Part shown: positions 36,251 through 50,600 of the stretch, piece after piece
Position numbering within the stretch: the stretch's first letter is position 1
Layout: each line of letters begins with the position of its first letter
Assembly (NCBI RefSeq): GCF_018977255.1
Contig: NW_024704742.1
Span: 49,664,001 to 49,728,000, forward strand
DNA: 64,000 nt
From: Callorhinchus milii
Taxonomy: Eukaryota
Reading direction: 5' to 3'
Notes under the pieces: model-generated
Told to the model about the DNA's origin: nothing
The model's input: the letters and a program-made list of their open reading frames with translations, nothing else
Databases searched by the model: none
Translations under genes and position numbers: made by a program

Positions 36251-39200
36251 CACTGTTTCGTGAATTGTGGTTTGAATGCTGCTAGAAAGCTGTTGTAGGA
36301 TTTTTTGTGAGAATGATCTATAAAAGGGGACCACAGCTGAATACTTTTATCAGACTACGAACAAAAACAGTGAAAATAATCTGCTCAAGCTGAGCAATTT
36401 TCAATAACATGTGTGGCCAAGAGACCCTCAGGGGAAGGAGATCAGCTTGACGCCATCTGACCAGGATGCAACACCTTGGAGCAAAAACTTAAAGGTTAAT
36501 CAACCAGCCCACACAGAGCTCCATGGGAGTCTCCAGAGGGAAGCCAGATATGTCATGAAGATAATTTATGAATCCTTCTCTTGTTAGGGAGTTGTCCTCT
36601 CAAAGAGGTGGTTGTTAAATAAATAGCAAGCATGAATAAACAGTAAGACACAAATCTTGATGGTTCCCTCATACAATCGAAGAAACAATCTTTTGGCTGA
36701 TGATGGAAGTGCTTTGAGGTTATGCTTGTGCACTAAACTCATTAAGCGAGGTAGAACTCGGTACAGTAAGTGTAAGTGAGAGGCTATGCCTTTGCCTTTT
36801 GCACCACATGGTTTGGTCGAACATATAGCATTCAAAATTGATCCATGATTTCTAGAGACAGAAGGCAGAAGGGCTGCCAAAGGTGCATGCCAGACTTTTT
36901 TTTGAGGCATTACATGTTTAGCGTGGGCGAATGTAGCGTGGGCAGGTAGAGATCTAGCTAACATTCTCTGAGCCTCATTAAAGCAATAGTGTCCGTGTAG
37001 GAGTATATCTCGTGTTATTTAAGATAGGTGGCAGTTTGCAAAAGCCTTTAATAGTCAGATTGGTCTTTGTCTGTTCAGTCCAAGCACCCCCAAGTGTATG
37101 TTTGAAAAATTAATGATTCTTTACCCGTCCATTTGCTCAAATTCTCCTTTTTATTAAAATCAAAGTGTAGCAGTTAAAATCAATTGAGGGCAAAATATCT
37201 AAGACTCTAAAATGTTTCAATTAATTTACAATTGAGTTAGCTTTCAGTTCAATTTTAAACAAATCTGCATATTTCATTAGAATTGCCCTTCAGAGTTTTC
37301 ATTGACCAACATGTGAGTTGGGGAGAAGGTAAGCAGGGTTGTCTTGGAGCTGAACTGGCTGTAAGGTGACATACTTGGCAATGGAAAGTGAATTGAGTCA
37401 ATCCTCTGTGGTGCTCTTGATTGTCTGCTTCCAGGACTATTGCTGCTCTGACTGTCTGGACGATACAAAATCCTGGATAAGCCATAATTCTCCACAACTG
37501 AATGTCAGCAGGAATGAAGCTATTTCCTTTGTTCTCACTAGCATTTACATGCCTCCAGCTTTGATTCAATCAACCTCCCTGAATGTGCACTCAGGCTGAA
37601 TCAGGCACTTGGTGTTCTGCTTGACCCTGAGTTATGTTTAATGCCTCCCATCTGGTCCATTACCAGCATAGCCTTCTCCCACCTCCGGAATATTGAATGC
37701 TCATGCGTACCTTATTCCCACTACTATTAAAAGTCTTAATCATGCCTTCATCACCTCAAGGATAGATTTCCTGCGGTCTGCTCTCCCTAGCTCCACTCTC
37801 CAGATGCTTCATCTGATGCAAAACTCTCCAACCCATGTTGTCTTCCACACAAGGTTTCGCAAACCCATTCCAATGTTATTTGTTAAATAACAAAGATATT
37901 CAAAAGTTGGTTTAATCCACTGGAAACTCACTGTAAACTCCTTAATCTATCTAGCAAATAGATTAAGGAATTTCGACTACAATAATGATAATAATAATCC
38001 TTGCATTTGATTTAGCGTCTTTCATGTCGGGAGGGCGTCTCAAAGCATTACACAGGATTTTGCTGTCAAGTGTATTAACTGTATTTTTGTAGATGAATGT
38101 TCTGATTAACAACAACTGTAACAACATGCATTTATATAGTGCCTTTCATGCAGGGTAGAGTCCTGGAGCATGTAATTTAAATGGCTTGACTTGGACTTTC
38201 CTATGTTCAATCCCTACTTTGGAGTGAGTTAACAGATATCAATTTGGACAGTAGTTTGGGTAGTCAATGCCCAGAGTCAGGAAGAGTAAAAATCAAGCAG
38301 AATTGCTCTTAATTGTTGCATTCCAGCGATTGCTCCTGAGAATGCCTATTGGGTGAAGACAAAATTACATTTACAATGATGTTAATGTAGAAGAGCTTCA
38401 TTTCACCAATAAATTGTGGATCAGCAAGCTTTATCATTCATGCTTGCAAAAGAGGAACGTCAGATGATATGTTCAGCATGTTCCACTTTTATCTCAGCCA
38501 TTGCAAGGAACAGATTATGTAACTGAACAGCAAGTGAACTGTTTGTGAGGCGAGAATTGCTTCATGTTTAGTCATTGAAAATCAGTAGAAAGATAATCTT
38601 TCTGATCTGTGATGTTGTTATCATTCTCTGCAGTTATAATCAGCAATATGATGAGGACATGTCAATACTGTTGATTTTAGTCAATAGCACTATGTCAACC
38701 AAAGTAATGCACAGAAATGCACTCAGCTTGTTTGCTCATTGTGTAGCAGCGGGTTGTAGATTTTGCGCTGTGATTTCCCATGTGGCTGGTACCTGATGTC
38801 TGCAGGACTATTGATTGCCATGACATGCAAGGACCAAGCACCACTTCACAGGGGAAGGGGAAAATCAAAGGCTGAGCACAAATGGTGGTAACACTGAAGA
38901 TGCCAGATCACTTGTAGTATTGTGTAGAAGCCTGAGAGCAGTGTTCCTCCTTGCCTTGATGGACATAGGGGAAGCAATTCCATTCAGCTTTACGTATTGT
39001 GTGACAATTCAAAACTAGAATGGGAAATCCTATTAGGGGCTGACTTTGCCTTTAGCGATGTTCATCATAACACTGAACTGAATTTTTACTCAATGGAAAA
39101 AAATGGGTAAAAGCTGAAAGATAGAGAACAACAACCTGCACATACCGAGCATCCTTTACATAGGATAACACAGCATAATAGTAATAATTAGTTTGTCTTG

Positions 39201-39274
39201 TCTTTTGTGATATAATAATTGATTAACCTTGCATTTGATATAATGCCTATAATATCGAATAGTCTCAAAGTGCT

Positions 39275-39973
39275 TATAATAAATAATAATAATAGTCCTT
39301 GCATTTGATATAGCGCTTTTCACGTCTTACAGACGTCGCAAAGTGCTTCACAGAATATACTGTAAAGTGAATTGACTGTATATTTGTGGGCGAAACGCAG
39401 CAGCTAATTATGCACAGCAGTATCCCACAAACAGTCGTGGATTGAGTGACCAAATTATTACTATTTGTTAAAACAATTTTTTCTTGAGGGATTATTATCA
39501 CTCTCCCACCCTCTCCTGACTCCACTGGCTCCCCATCCCCCAGAGGATCGAATTCAAGATCCTTGTCTTCACTTTCAAGGCCATCCATGGCCTTGCCCCC
39601 TACTACCTCTCTGACCTGCTGACTCCCTACCAACCTGCCCGCTCCCTATGTTCAGTGGGCTCCGGCCTGCTCCATGTCTCCTGCCCAACCCACCCTATCA
39701 ACGGTGGCCGGGCTTTCAGCCTCTCTACCCCCACACTCTGGAACTCCACCCCACGGTCCCTTCGCCTCACTCCCTCCCTTGCCTCCTCCAAGGCCGGTCT
39801 CAAGACCCTCCTCTTTGACTGTGCCTTTAGTCTCCCTCCCACCTCTCTGCCTTCCCTCACTCCTACACCAACCCTTCCCCCATGCTCGGGCCCCGACATC
39901 TGACTGTTCAGCGCTTTGGGACGTCCTCCCGACGTGAAAGGCGCTCTATAAATGTAATTTTGTTGTTGTTGTT
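39275..39973. mobile_element. SINE 3' half (-, 39275-39500) joined 5'-to-5' to a young L2 3' fragment (+, 39497-39973)
   Basis: (TAA)n at the left end, (TTG)n at the right end, and GGRAFSLSTPTLWNS..KAGLKTLLFD. Confidence 0.92.
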
Positions 39974-42489
39974 TACCTGGGTATTGGATAAGTACTTGAG
40001 TAACAATAATATTAAGGTTACTTGAACGAACAGAAGAATGGAAGCAAATAGCTCTGGAATGGAAAGAAATGGAAGCAAATAGATGAACTACCCTGCCAGT
40101 TGGACCACCCTGGTCAAACGTTTACAATTTTAATGATATAAATATTGCCACATGATAGAATGATGACTGTGATTGCCACATGATTAACTGATGGCACAGT
40201 GAAAGAAACTGGTGCTTTCCTATGACCAGCACTTCAAAGAACTCAGCAAAGGAGCATGCAAGCAAGATTACTATGTACATTTAGTTCCAGGTTTAAGATG
40301 CTCACAGGAGCTTCACAGTATGTTTTCATTGTGATTGAAAGGTTTTCATTAAACTTCTGCAAAATTCATTTAATTAAAATTGCAATCACATATAATAAAA
40401 CTTGCATTTGATGTAGCATCTTATTGTACCAAAACGACTCAAAACGATTCGCACAATGGAGCCTAGCACACGCTGGGCTAAAAATAGCAATCTTTTCCAT
40501 TAAATCTTTATAACAGGAAATCCCATTATGAAGACTTAGCGAAGGAGATTGTTATTTTTAATGATCAGCATATATTAAACCACAAAGAACTTTCTTTTCT
40601 CTGCCCTCCCTGCAGTAACATAATAACAATTCTGCAGGAGGAATATAGCTAGTTTGAATTTAAAAACATGATATAGATGATTTGAACATCTACATATTTC
40701 TTACTTAAGCTGCCAATGGAATTTATATGAAAAAATAATATTGCCTGAACCAATCAGATTTTCCCATTAACTATTTAAAAGAAGTCCGATTGTTTTGATG
40801 GCGGTCCTGGGAGCTGTTTGCTGATATCTTTATTGTAGTTTCATGAGTTGACATATGCTGGAACAGCAGGGTTTACATATCAGTGATTCCAAACTCCTAT
40901 TTGATGCGACTAAGAGTGCATCAAGAATGTTAAACAAACAGCAGCAAGCTGTGCAAATTGCTCCTGAGGATCTCCAAAGAAGCTTTTGCAGAGATCAATT
41001 TTGTTTCGCTAATAAAATTAGAAATGCCACTAATGCACTTAATGGATTGGTCAAAGCAATCGGTGGCCCTGTCAGGCATCTTGCAATGTGGTAGATTAAG
41101 ACCTCTGATAAAAAGGCACATCTCACCGACCGCACTTCAACTGAAATGGACATTGCTGCACATCATGGGCTGGCCGGCACAGTGCAGAGCAGAGATTATT
41201 TTGATCATACATAAAGCAGACTTGAAGCAATATGCTAAACAAAGTGCAATTGCAAAGTGTGGTGACTACTAGAAGTTGTGCTGTGTTAATGCTGCATGTT
41301 TGGAACTGAATCACTGTGATTTTGCCAATACTTTGTTACCAGATTACAAAGTTGCATATAGTCACAGAGCATCTGGAACCAACCATCTCCTGCGGGATAC
41401 ATGCTGCCTAAGTCTCCCCTAATGGTGCATGTTTCTCAATGAATCGCTGAGATTTTAAAAGTTGAGTTATGTGGGTATTGCCTGAACTGGCTCTGAAATG
41501 CTGGGGTATGCACGAACAAATCAATTGATGCTTCAGTGCAGTACTTGGGGAATATTATCCTTCAGATGTGCTATTTGAACCAAGAATCTGAGTCTGTTCA
41601 AGTGGACATTAAACATCTTATGGCATCAAATATTTGAGAAGTGAGGTTTTTTTTCTGGTGTCATAGCCAACACTCCTTCAGATAAAATGATCATTCAAAT
41701 GCATGGCTGTTTAAGGTACATTGTCATGTGGACAATGGCAGGCATGTTTGCCTACAAATATACAAATACAGTTACCTCACTTGACAGAAATTGTGGTGAA
41801 GCGCTTTGAGACATTTTGACATTACAGGTGCTATATCAAATGTAGGATTATTATTTATTATTAGATCCATTATCCATGGTCTTTCCTGCTTCACAACACA
41901 GCTTTCCCTACTCTAGACTAAAGTTCACTACACTACTGCTGTTCGCTGTCAAATAAGTTCTCTACTGCTGCAGATGTATTTACAGCTTCTCCATGAATGT
42001 TGGATTATCTTCAATTTTAGTTCAACATTAATGTTTAATGCCAATTTAATATTTAATCCCACTGGAATTGTTTCTGTGCAAGGCTAAAATGTTGCAGCAA
42101 GTGATGCTTTTTTCAGTGATAGCTTATAGAGTTCACTGGTCCACCAGTTAGAAGTTATTATAATATTAGTGTCCACCACAACTCCCATTTACCAATACGA
42201 TCAACAATTAATAATAATAATCCTTGCATTTGATATGCAACAACAACAATAACTTGCATTTATATAGCGCTCTTCACACCAGACCACACCTTATCATATC
42301 CTCGAGACGTTTCAAAGCACTTGACAGAATATATTGTAGTGTGAATTGACTGTATATTTTGTGGGTGAAATGTAACAACCAATTGCGCACAGCAGTGTCT
42401 CACAAACTGTCATGGATTGAAGTGACCAAATTTGGAGTAATGCCCCTTTATCTTCTAATCAACACTTGGACCCTGTCCAGAAGGACTGT

Positions 42490-42870
42490 GCAGAGAAGGA
42501 GTGAAGGGCACTCTGGGTCATGCTTGTCTCTCTTCAAGGACAGCAATGTCCCAATGCAGGTCAAGCTTGCGGCATATAAAACCTGTGTGCAAATAGTTCT
42601 CATTTATGAATCTGAGCACCTGGGGATGCCATGTAGAGAGAAAGACCAGGATCAAGCACTGAGGTGGATATGTGGCAACCACGGGAAGCAGAGAGGGAGG
42701 TCTACACTGACCTGTCGCTAAGCACCCTGGAGACAGAGTCGGTTTCACAGCGAGCACATCTATTGCTCCTCATGTGGGGACCTGGATTAAATAGCTGGTA
42801 AGCCTGTTATACGGCATTGAATTTGGACCTTGTGCACATCAAGGTGGCTGGCATGTTACAAGCTACCCTG
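42490..42870 (+). mobile_element. Degenerate RTE-clade LINE ORF fragment
   Basis: LFKDSNVPMQVKLAAYKTCVQIVLIYESE resembles RTE 'KLxxYxxCVxxxLLYGSExW'. Downstream SLLYGIEFGPCAHQGG resembles 'LLYGELxxGxRxxG'. Confidence 0.65.
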
Positions 42871-44608
42871 TTAAAGGTTCTCCCACCACACTGAAGGCAG
42901 ATATCCACCAGATAGCTGATCGCTGCTAATCCTGTTCCTGAGCCAGGCAGGTCTGCAGCATTCCAGGGCATTGCTGATGGCAGCCTAGCCTTCCTGGTCA
43001 CTGGCGGGACTTGGAAGGGCAGACAAGTCACTGGAGGCAGAGACTTTTCCCACTGAGCTCCCATTAACTCTGCAGGCCAAAGCCCTAATGGATAGGACAT
43101 TGCTGTGCACAAAACTTGCTGCCTACAAAATACACAATCAATCCACTTTACAATATATCCTGTGAAGTACTTTGAGATGTCTCCACGATGTGATAAGGAT
43201 TTATGCAGGTTGGCCACCACTGCTTTAGAGTATATTCAGTGAAGAGCTCCAAGACATCCTCCTGACGTGAAAGTTGTATCAATTATAAGGATTATTATTT
43301 ATTAAAAGTCATATTATGTAAAAGTAAAAAAAACAATAATTATACCTTTAACAATGTGCCTGTAATCAGTGTTGCTAGATTGTGTCTTTCCCTGTGCTGG
43401 ATTCTCAAGCACTGAATTCTCTGTGTGTGCTGACTAGCCTGACTCAGTGCATCCCATACCTGGGTGAGTGTGTAACAATTATTAATTGCGTTAAGCGAAT
43501 AATACATGGACATTTTGTAAGGTAATTATCACTGGGAGTTTCCGCAGTTGTTTTATTTTTGAATACAATAATTGTAGTCAGCCCTGCCTTCTTTGCTGAT
43601 AAGGTAAATTGTGTGTCTTTTTGTACACTACTTACGTGTATGTCCATCTTAGATAACTGCAGAGAATGGAAATGTTGGTTAAGCAAGAAATATGAGCTGT
43701 CAGAATTAATAACCTTTAAATACTAATGGAATTCAAAATGACCATCACATATTTAGATATAGCTTTTCTCCTCTCTCCTAAATTTGTCTTGAAGTAGAAT
43801 TTATGCTGATATCCACTGATCAATGATAGAATTCCTAGCCCACTTGATACTTCCTTCTTTTCACCATTTTTCATCTGCATGTTGCAATAATCTTAAAATC
43901 AGTTTTGTTAAAATTTCGCTTCATATCTTTTTTTCTCTCAGTCAATGTCATTTTATTTTATCCCCTTAGGTTTGATCGGTTGGTTAGTTCTGAAATTCTT
44001 TGCTCCTCTTTTCAGCAACTTTTCCCAGTCTGTTCATACTACCACATTATTTATTCTATTTCATCTTTCTCAGATAGAGCAAATTTACAAAGCAGCACTA
44101 ATTCTCTTTATTATAGACCGCTATGTTTGGCAGATAATTATACAATGGAAATTGAAGTTCAAATAATAGTAGCAACTATCTTTACAGATATAAAGCAGTT
44201 AAAATCATTTTTGTTTGAGAATAAATAACAATCTGCTTGTCAGTCACATAGATTTACGTAGACTGTACAGCACCGAAACAGACCATGACTGTATTGATTT
44301 TCATCATATAATTATTCTGTTCATCAAAGGATGCCTGAGATGAAAAAGATCCAGCTGGCTGGAAGCATTAAAGGAAAACAGATGACAGACATGCTTTCTT
44401 CTTTCTCTGTTTTCTATCCTTGTATATTTGCCACCTGGAGAGAGACAGGGGGTTCATTGATTGTATTCTTCTCTGGCAGCTTATACAGTTATCATGTCTT
44501 ACCAGCTCCCTCATTATTTTGATTCCAGACATTTTAGGTTTAAACTCAAGATCAATTTTTTTAAAAATTGTATTTACAAGAAGGAAAATAAACTCAAATA
44601 AAACCGAC

Positions 44609-44641
44609 CTTTAAACAGGAGTGGATGATTACAAACAGTAT
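44609..44641 (-). CDS. Weak candidate 33-nt exon (phase 1/1: DTVCNHPLLFK; phase 0/0: ILFVIIHSCLK)
   Basis: TTTTCTTTCTAATCTGTTGCAG|...AAG|GTCGGT; frame-preserving, with no homology support. Confidence 0.2.
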
Positions 44642-47600
44642 CTGCAACAGATTAGAAAGAAAATTTACTTTGCATGTCGTAAATATTTCTATAATTCTAT
44701 ACCATGCTTTGCTGTGTGTATTTTTGCACAGCATAATCAAACACAGGGGTTCAAACTTTCTACACAAGAAAGCTTGAAGATGTTGTTTAAGGAAACAACA
44801 ATGGAATTGCAAAAGTACTTAATATTCCTAAAATATTTTTGGAGAAAAATGCGATTTTATTAATGAAAACTTATCAGCCAAGACGTTGTACATGGAGTAA
44901 TGCATTTATCATTGCTGAAATATCTACTGAGCTACTGGAACCCTTTAGAATTCAAAACATCCAGGAGAGCCTGTGTTTTCAATCAATGACGCCTTGAGAG
45001 TAACTCACACATTCCATAATAAACCAATTAATATGCTTTTGTTTTTTGGTGCACAGTTCAACCCTTAGAACTTCCCTTAGAACTGGATGGGACCAGATTA
45101 ACTGAAAGTAAAAGAATTGCGTCTAATTGGTTGACTTCACTGCAAATGGGATCAACATCAGTAGACAGTGGCACCCTACAGAATCACTACGATGCTTATC
45201 AGATTAAAAAGTCTACCTCCATTTTCTGAATCCTACCTCCTGAAGTACCACTGAAACACGGCTCAGCTGGAAACAATGGCTCTCGATACGCTATTGGTAA
45301 GAACACTGAAGAAAGGTTTGAATGTTTGTGCCGACTTCAGGCCTAACCATTTTACCAAAGTCTGTTGCCCAGAGGTACATATTGACGGCTTTTGAATTAA
45401 TTTTTGGTGAGATGATAATTATCATTGGTGATATGTATATTTTTGTGTCTTTTTTTTCCTCCCCCCCCACACCCACCGAATACAACAATTTGCATTTATA
45501 TAATGCCCTTCATATAGGATAATGTCTTGGAGTGAATCACAGTGGTGAGGATGGGTGCCAAGTAAGAGAGAAGGTAATGACTATGATTGTAGTCACAGAG
45601 GTAGGTTTAAGAGACGGGGAGTTCTAGAGGTTAAGGTGTAGTGACTGAAGGTTTGGACACTGATGGCATAAGGGAGGAGGGTGACAAGCATCAGTACTAT
45701 GTTAGGTTAGCAAAGGTGGCAGGCGGAGGAATGGAGAACGATTAGATCAGAGAACGAGGGAGGTGCCTGGGCGAGAAGGATTTATATGTGAAGTGAGGAC
45801 CATTGATCTGTAAGGAGGCAATGTTTTTCAATTGCTGCAATGCACTATCTCTGAGGTCCTCATTATGCAGCCGCGAGTAAACCTTGTATGATGTAGTTCT
45901 GTTGAGATGAAAGTTACAATTTTGTAACAAGAATATTGCCCACAGGTTGGAGGCAAGCATTGCTTGAAAGCTTGCTGATTCTTTCAGTAACCTGACTAGT
46001 AAAAGTAATAACTTCATTATTCCAGGGGCTTTGTATTTGAGGTTCCCATTTGTCCCATGTTTTTTGCATTTTCTGATTCTTCTCTTTTTCTCCTTCATAT
46101 GACAGAAATCCATTTTCTACTGTTGTTTATATTACTAGAGAATAGATTGTGAACAGCATGTCCCCTGTGTTTGTCGATCAAGGATGCCTGTGGTGCTCAG
46201 CAGGTCTTTTTCATCCCAATTGTTTAAAAATAGAAATCCATTCCAATCCCTTCTTTGTTTTCAGCGTTTGCTTTCTTCACATTGGTCCCTCATCCCTTTG
46301 TATTCCCGTATGTTACATGATAAACTACATCATCTTCCTGTTGCTTTTCTTTTACGAATCAATTTGCCACAAAGAATGATGCAGGCATTGGTTCTCTTTT
46401 CATTCTACCAATCAGGATCTCATGCTGTGTTTCTGCTGCTGGAAACAAAGCAATTTTGCTTCTATCTGTTGAGCAATGTGAAGAGGGAGGCTTGATTTAT
46501 ACCCACCAGGGAGGAGAAATTCTGCTTGGGTCTGACAAGACATTTTTCATTACATTTTAGAGCTTGCAAATTTTAGACAATTAATACTGCTAATAATCTT
46601 TATGTTTGATACATAATCTTGAAAGAGCTTCATAGAGTTTTCCTTAAAATGTAATGACCATTAGTAGGTGAGTGAGGCAGCCAACCTGCATACAGAAGGA
46701 CTCTCGAAAAGCTTTGAAGTGAATGACCATTTTTAAAAAATCTGTCAGATTAGCCAGGGACATCAAAAGAAACTGCTTTCGCATTTCAAATTATATCATG
46801 GTATCGTCAACGTCAAGTTGAATCAGTAGATTTAATCTCAGCTTGACATCTCATCCAAAAGATAGCACCTCTGATAATACTGTGCTCCCCCTAGACTGTG
46901 AGCTCAAAATCCCAATTGGACCGACAAACGTCAAATAGAGAGGTATGAGTGCTGAGCCAGGCTAACACCTATTCAGGCCCAAAGCGACATATAAAATGGG
47001 AAGAGTCAGAACAGGGGGTAGGAGAACTGAACTTAACTGGATGGAGCTTGAAGTTCTTCCCCACCAAGCAGATTTCTCACTGCACAGGTAATTTCTGCCA
47101 ATGCTCTGCTCTCTGTGGAGGTAGGGCTGCATGGCTGAGTGAAAGGCACCTTCTTCTGGAGAGCAATTGGCTTGGAAATGTTCTGGTTTTCTGCCTTTTT
47201 TTTTGTTTTCATCCCATCCCCCTGTCATTTGGGGAGGAGGAGGTTCTGCTGCATGTGGAGGAACCTCTGCTTCATAGATCTCATTGCATTGCCGGAGGCA
47301 GAGGGGTGGCAAAGGAGGCTGATTAAAATCTAAGACCTGATATTTGAGTTTTGAGCAAGCAACAACAACAACTTGCATTTATATAACGGCCTTCACATGG
47401 GGTAGGGTCCCGGAGCACAGATTAGAACATGCTCAAAGCTCTGAGATCAGATTTTTATTTTTTTTAATGAAATTTAAAAAACTCTGGTTGTGTACGACTG
47501 ACATTTTATTTTTATTAACATGAATAAATGGGGTATTGTTCTTGGGCCATCTGTTGAATGGACTGAATCTGCTCAAGAGCTTTGAACCGATAATTTGGCA

Positions 47601-50600
47601 GTGGATGAAGATTCAAACTGCCTCTCTTATATATTCTGTGAAGGCTTTGAAACATCCTCCCAATGTGAAAGGCACTATACCATAGTCTTGCTAGACAATC
47701 CAATACAGTGCCGAGGGAGCTCTGCAATGTCCTGTCGTTTAGATTAGATGTTAAACCCAGATCCCGTCTGCCTGTTCAGGTGGAAGTTAGAAATTCTATG
47801 CCACCATTTGAAAAGAGAAGGGATTTTCTTCTGATGTCTTGGCCAAGAATTCCCCAAATACAATTGATCATTCACTTCATGGCTGCTTGTGGAACATTGC
47901 TGTCTGCAAGTTGACTGCTACATTCGTCTACACAATGCAATACACTTTACAGTATATCCTGTGAAGCACTTTGAGATGGTCCTCCTGACATTAAAAAACT
48001 ATATAAAAATGCACAAATTATTATTAATATTATATCCATCGAATGGAATAATTTGGAAGTGGATCACGAATTGATGCTTCTGTTATATTTATATTGCAGT
48101 GGGTGTGAAACACAGGCCCCAAATTTCACATTATTTCAGGCTATAAGTCCATGTTGTTGGGTTGTCTTCTAAAAGCTGTTATTGATAAAATAGATTTGCA
48201 AAAAATTTTTTGTCACTCAATCCATGACTGTTTGTGGAACACTGCTGTGCACATTTTGCCCACAAAATACAGTCAATTCAACTTACAATATATTCTTTCA
48301 AGGCTTGTGAGATGTCTCAATGAAGTGATAAGGCACTATATCAAATGCAAGGATTATTATTATTATTATTGGGATCCTTAACTGATAACTGATGAATTGT
48401 GTCTTTGCACCCATGAATGACACACTATTATACTAACATTCTTTAGCAGCCTCAAGGTGTCAGTCTACATGCTTGAAAATATGAATATGTAATATCAGCA
48501 TTTTATTCTCCTTTTTCAGTTAGTTTGGCATTTCTACTACTTCTGAAAATCGAATTTTAATTTCATGTGTTTTTTTCAGTATCATTACCGATTTTTTAAA
48601 TTAAATTTAGAAAGTACCCCAAATTACAGCTGGATTTTCAATGTTAAATCTAGAAAATGCTACTTTAAAGAACTGCTTTTCATCATTTTCATTTTGTTTG
48701 CATTTTGTAATATGGAATAATAATAATAATAATAATCCTTGCTTTTCATGTACTGTCTGATCACGCTGTGAAACATCTCAAAATGCTTAGGAGTGGAGCA
48801 ACTTCTGAAGGGATTCCTTAATACAGAAACCATTAAGTACATCACAGTAATGCACAGCTCTCTTATCTGAAACAATCTACTTTCGGAGTTCCCACATGTC
48901 AGTGTGACATGCGTGACAGATTCACAGTTACTTGGAGTGTCCAATCAGATTTCTTATTAATGAATCATATTAGAAATCCTAGCGTATTAGACCTCTTTAT
49001 TAAATAACTTGAATAGACCTGTCAACTTCTCAAAAATGTCAAACCAAAATCAGGATCATACTTTTATAACTTTTGACATTTAATAACTGTGCCATATTCT
49101 GATTACTTTAACTCTGCTCTCCTGATGTAATTTTACTGCTCACTCTTTCTACTCCACTGTTGGTAGTTGACTAATTGGCTACAATGCCTGTGTTCTCTGG
49201 AACTCTTGTGTCTGTGTTGCTCCCTCCCTGCTTTCAAAAGCCTCTTAAAACTGTGCTTTGTGTGCAAACCCTTACATTTCTCAGAATATATATACATAAA
49301 ATAAATAGAAACTCATAAAAATAGAGAAAGCATGAAATGAAACAAGGCCACGTTTGATCCATCAAAGTGTTCTTCTCACAGCTATGCCAAGTTTCACCCA
49401 GAATTAACTTTAACCCACCCAGTGTTTTTCCTTAGGGAAAAACATTGTATGAATACTCCCTGAATCCCAAAGGTATTCAAATAAAATCTCCAATCTATTC
49501 ATTCATGTCTCTATCAACACTTCTCAATTTTGGGGGGTGAGCTAAGTGTGGGTCACTTGTAGAAGTCCAACACCATGCTTAAAATTATCCAAACCAAACA
49601 GATAGTTCCACATAGGAGCCAGGTAGGATGAGATAGGGGAACAAGGAAATGCTAGGACATTAAGGGATTCATAGGAGAAGGTGAGAACCTTGAAATCGAT
49701 CCACTGGGTGAAGGGAGATCGTAGATCCTGATGAGGACTGGGGTGACGGCCACAGAGTTTTGTGCAGGTGAGGATGTTGGTGGCAGAGTATGGGGTAAAT
49801 TGGAGTTTATGGATGGTGAATCTAGGGAGACCATTGAAAAGTCCAGGGAGGAGGTAACAAAGGAGTAGATTAGGGTTTCGGAGGCATTTGATGTGATACA
49901 TAGGGAGATATGGCGGAGGTGAAGATAAACAGTTCTGGTACAGTTTGCTTCAATGATATATTAATTTTTATGTCAGAAAAATCTACATATAAAGTCTTCC
50001 TCTCAGAGCTTGATCTAACTAAAAGAGAAATTCATTGTTTTTTTATCAGTGCTGACTAAACCTCACTATAACACAGGAGAACTCAATCTCTGTTACACTC
50101 TGAAGTTCATTATGGCAAAATCCTTACTTTGTTCAGACTCCAGTAATGTTAACTGTCCTGGAAATCAAGAAGAGGAGAGGTACAACTAGACGGCTGTAAT
50201 GGTTCTTGTGTCTATCATTTATCTTCACAACAAAAGGGAAGCCTTTTGTTATGAAGCTTTGGTGAGCTGCTAGGAGTGCTCATGCATGTCAAAATATGAA
50301 TGAAAGAGCTGGACATGGCAGAATCTGCTGAAGCCTGTAAGGCAAACAAACTTAGATTTTGGTCTATAAAATTATTAATAAGAATTGTGTGATTTGGGGC
50401 AGTGCTAATAGATTGCAATTCACATCCTCACAACGTAAAAGTTAGTATGTAAATGCAATTTGTTCTTCTTGTAAATCAGTGCAAGAGAGAAAAGAGCTAA
50501 TCTGAAATCAAGTTTCTCTCTTTTTTTTGACAAAAACAAAACTTCTTTGATTAACAGCAAAATGTAAAAGGGGGAGAGACAATCAGGTGGAGGATCATGT

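Noticed and set aside
40160..40192. C/D box snoRNA (ATGATGA..CTGA)
   Set aside because: The boxes are only ~30 nt apart and there is no terminal stem.
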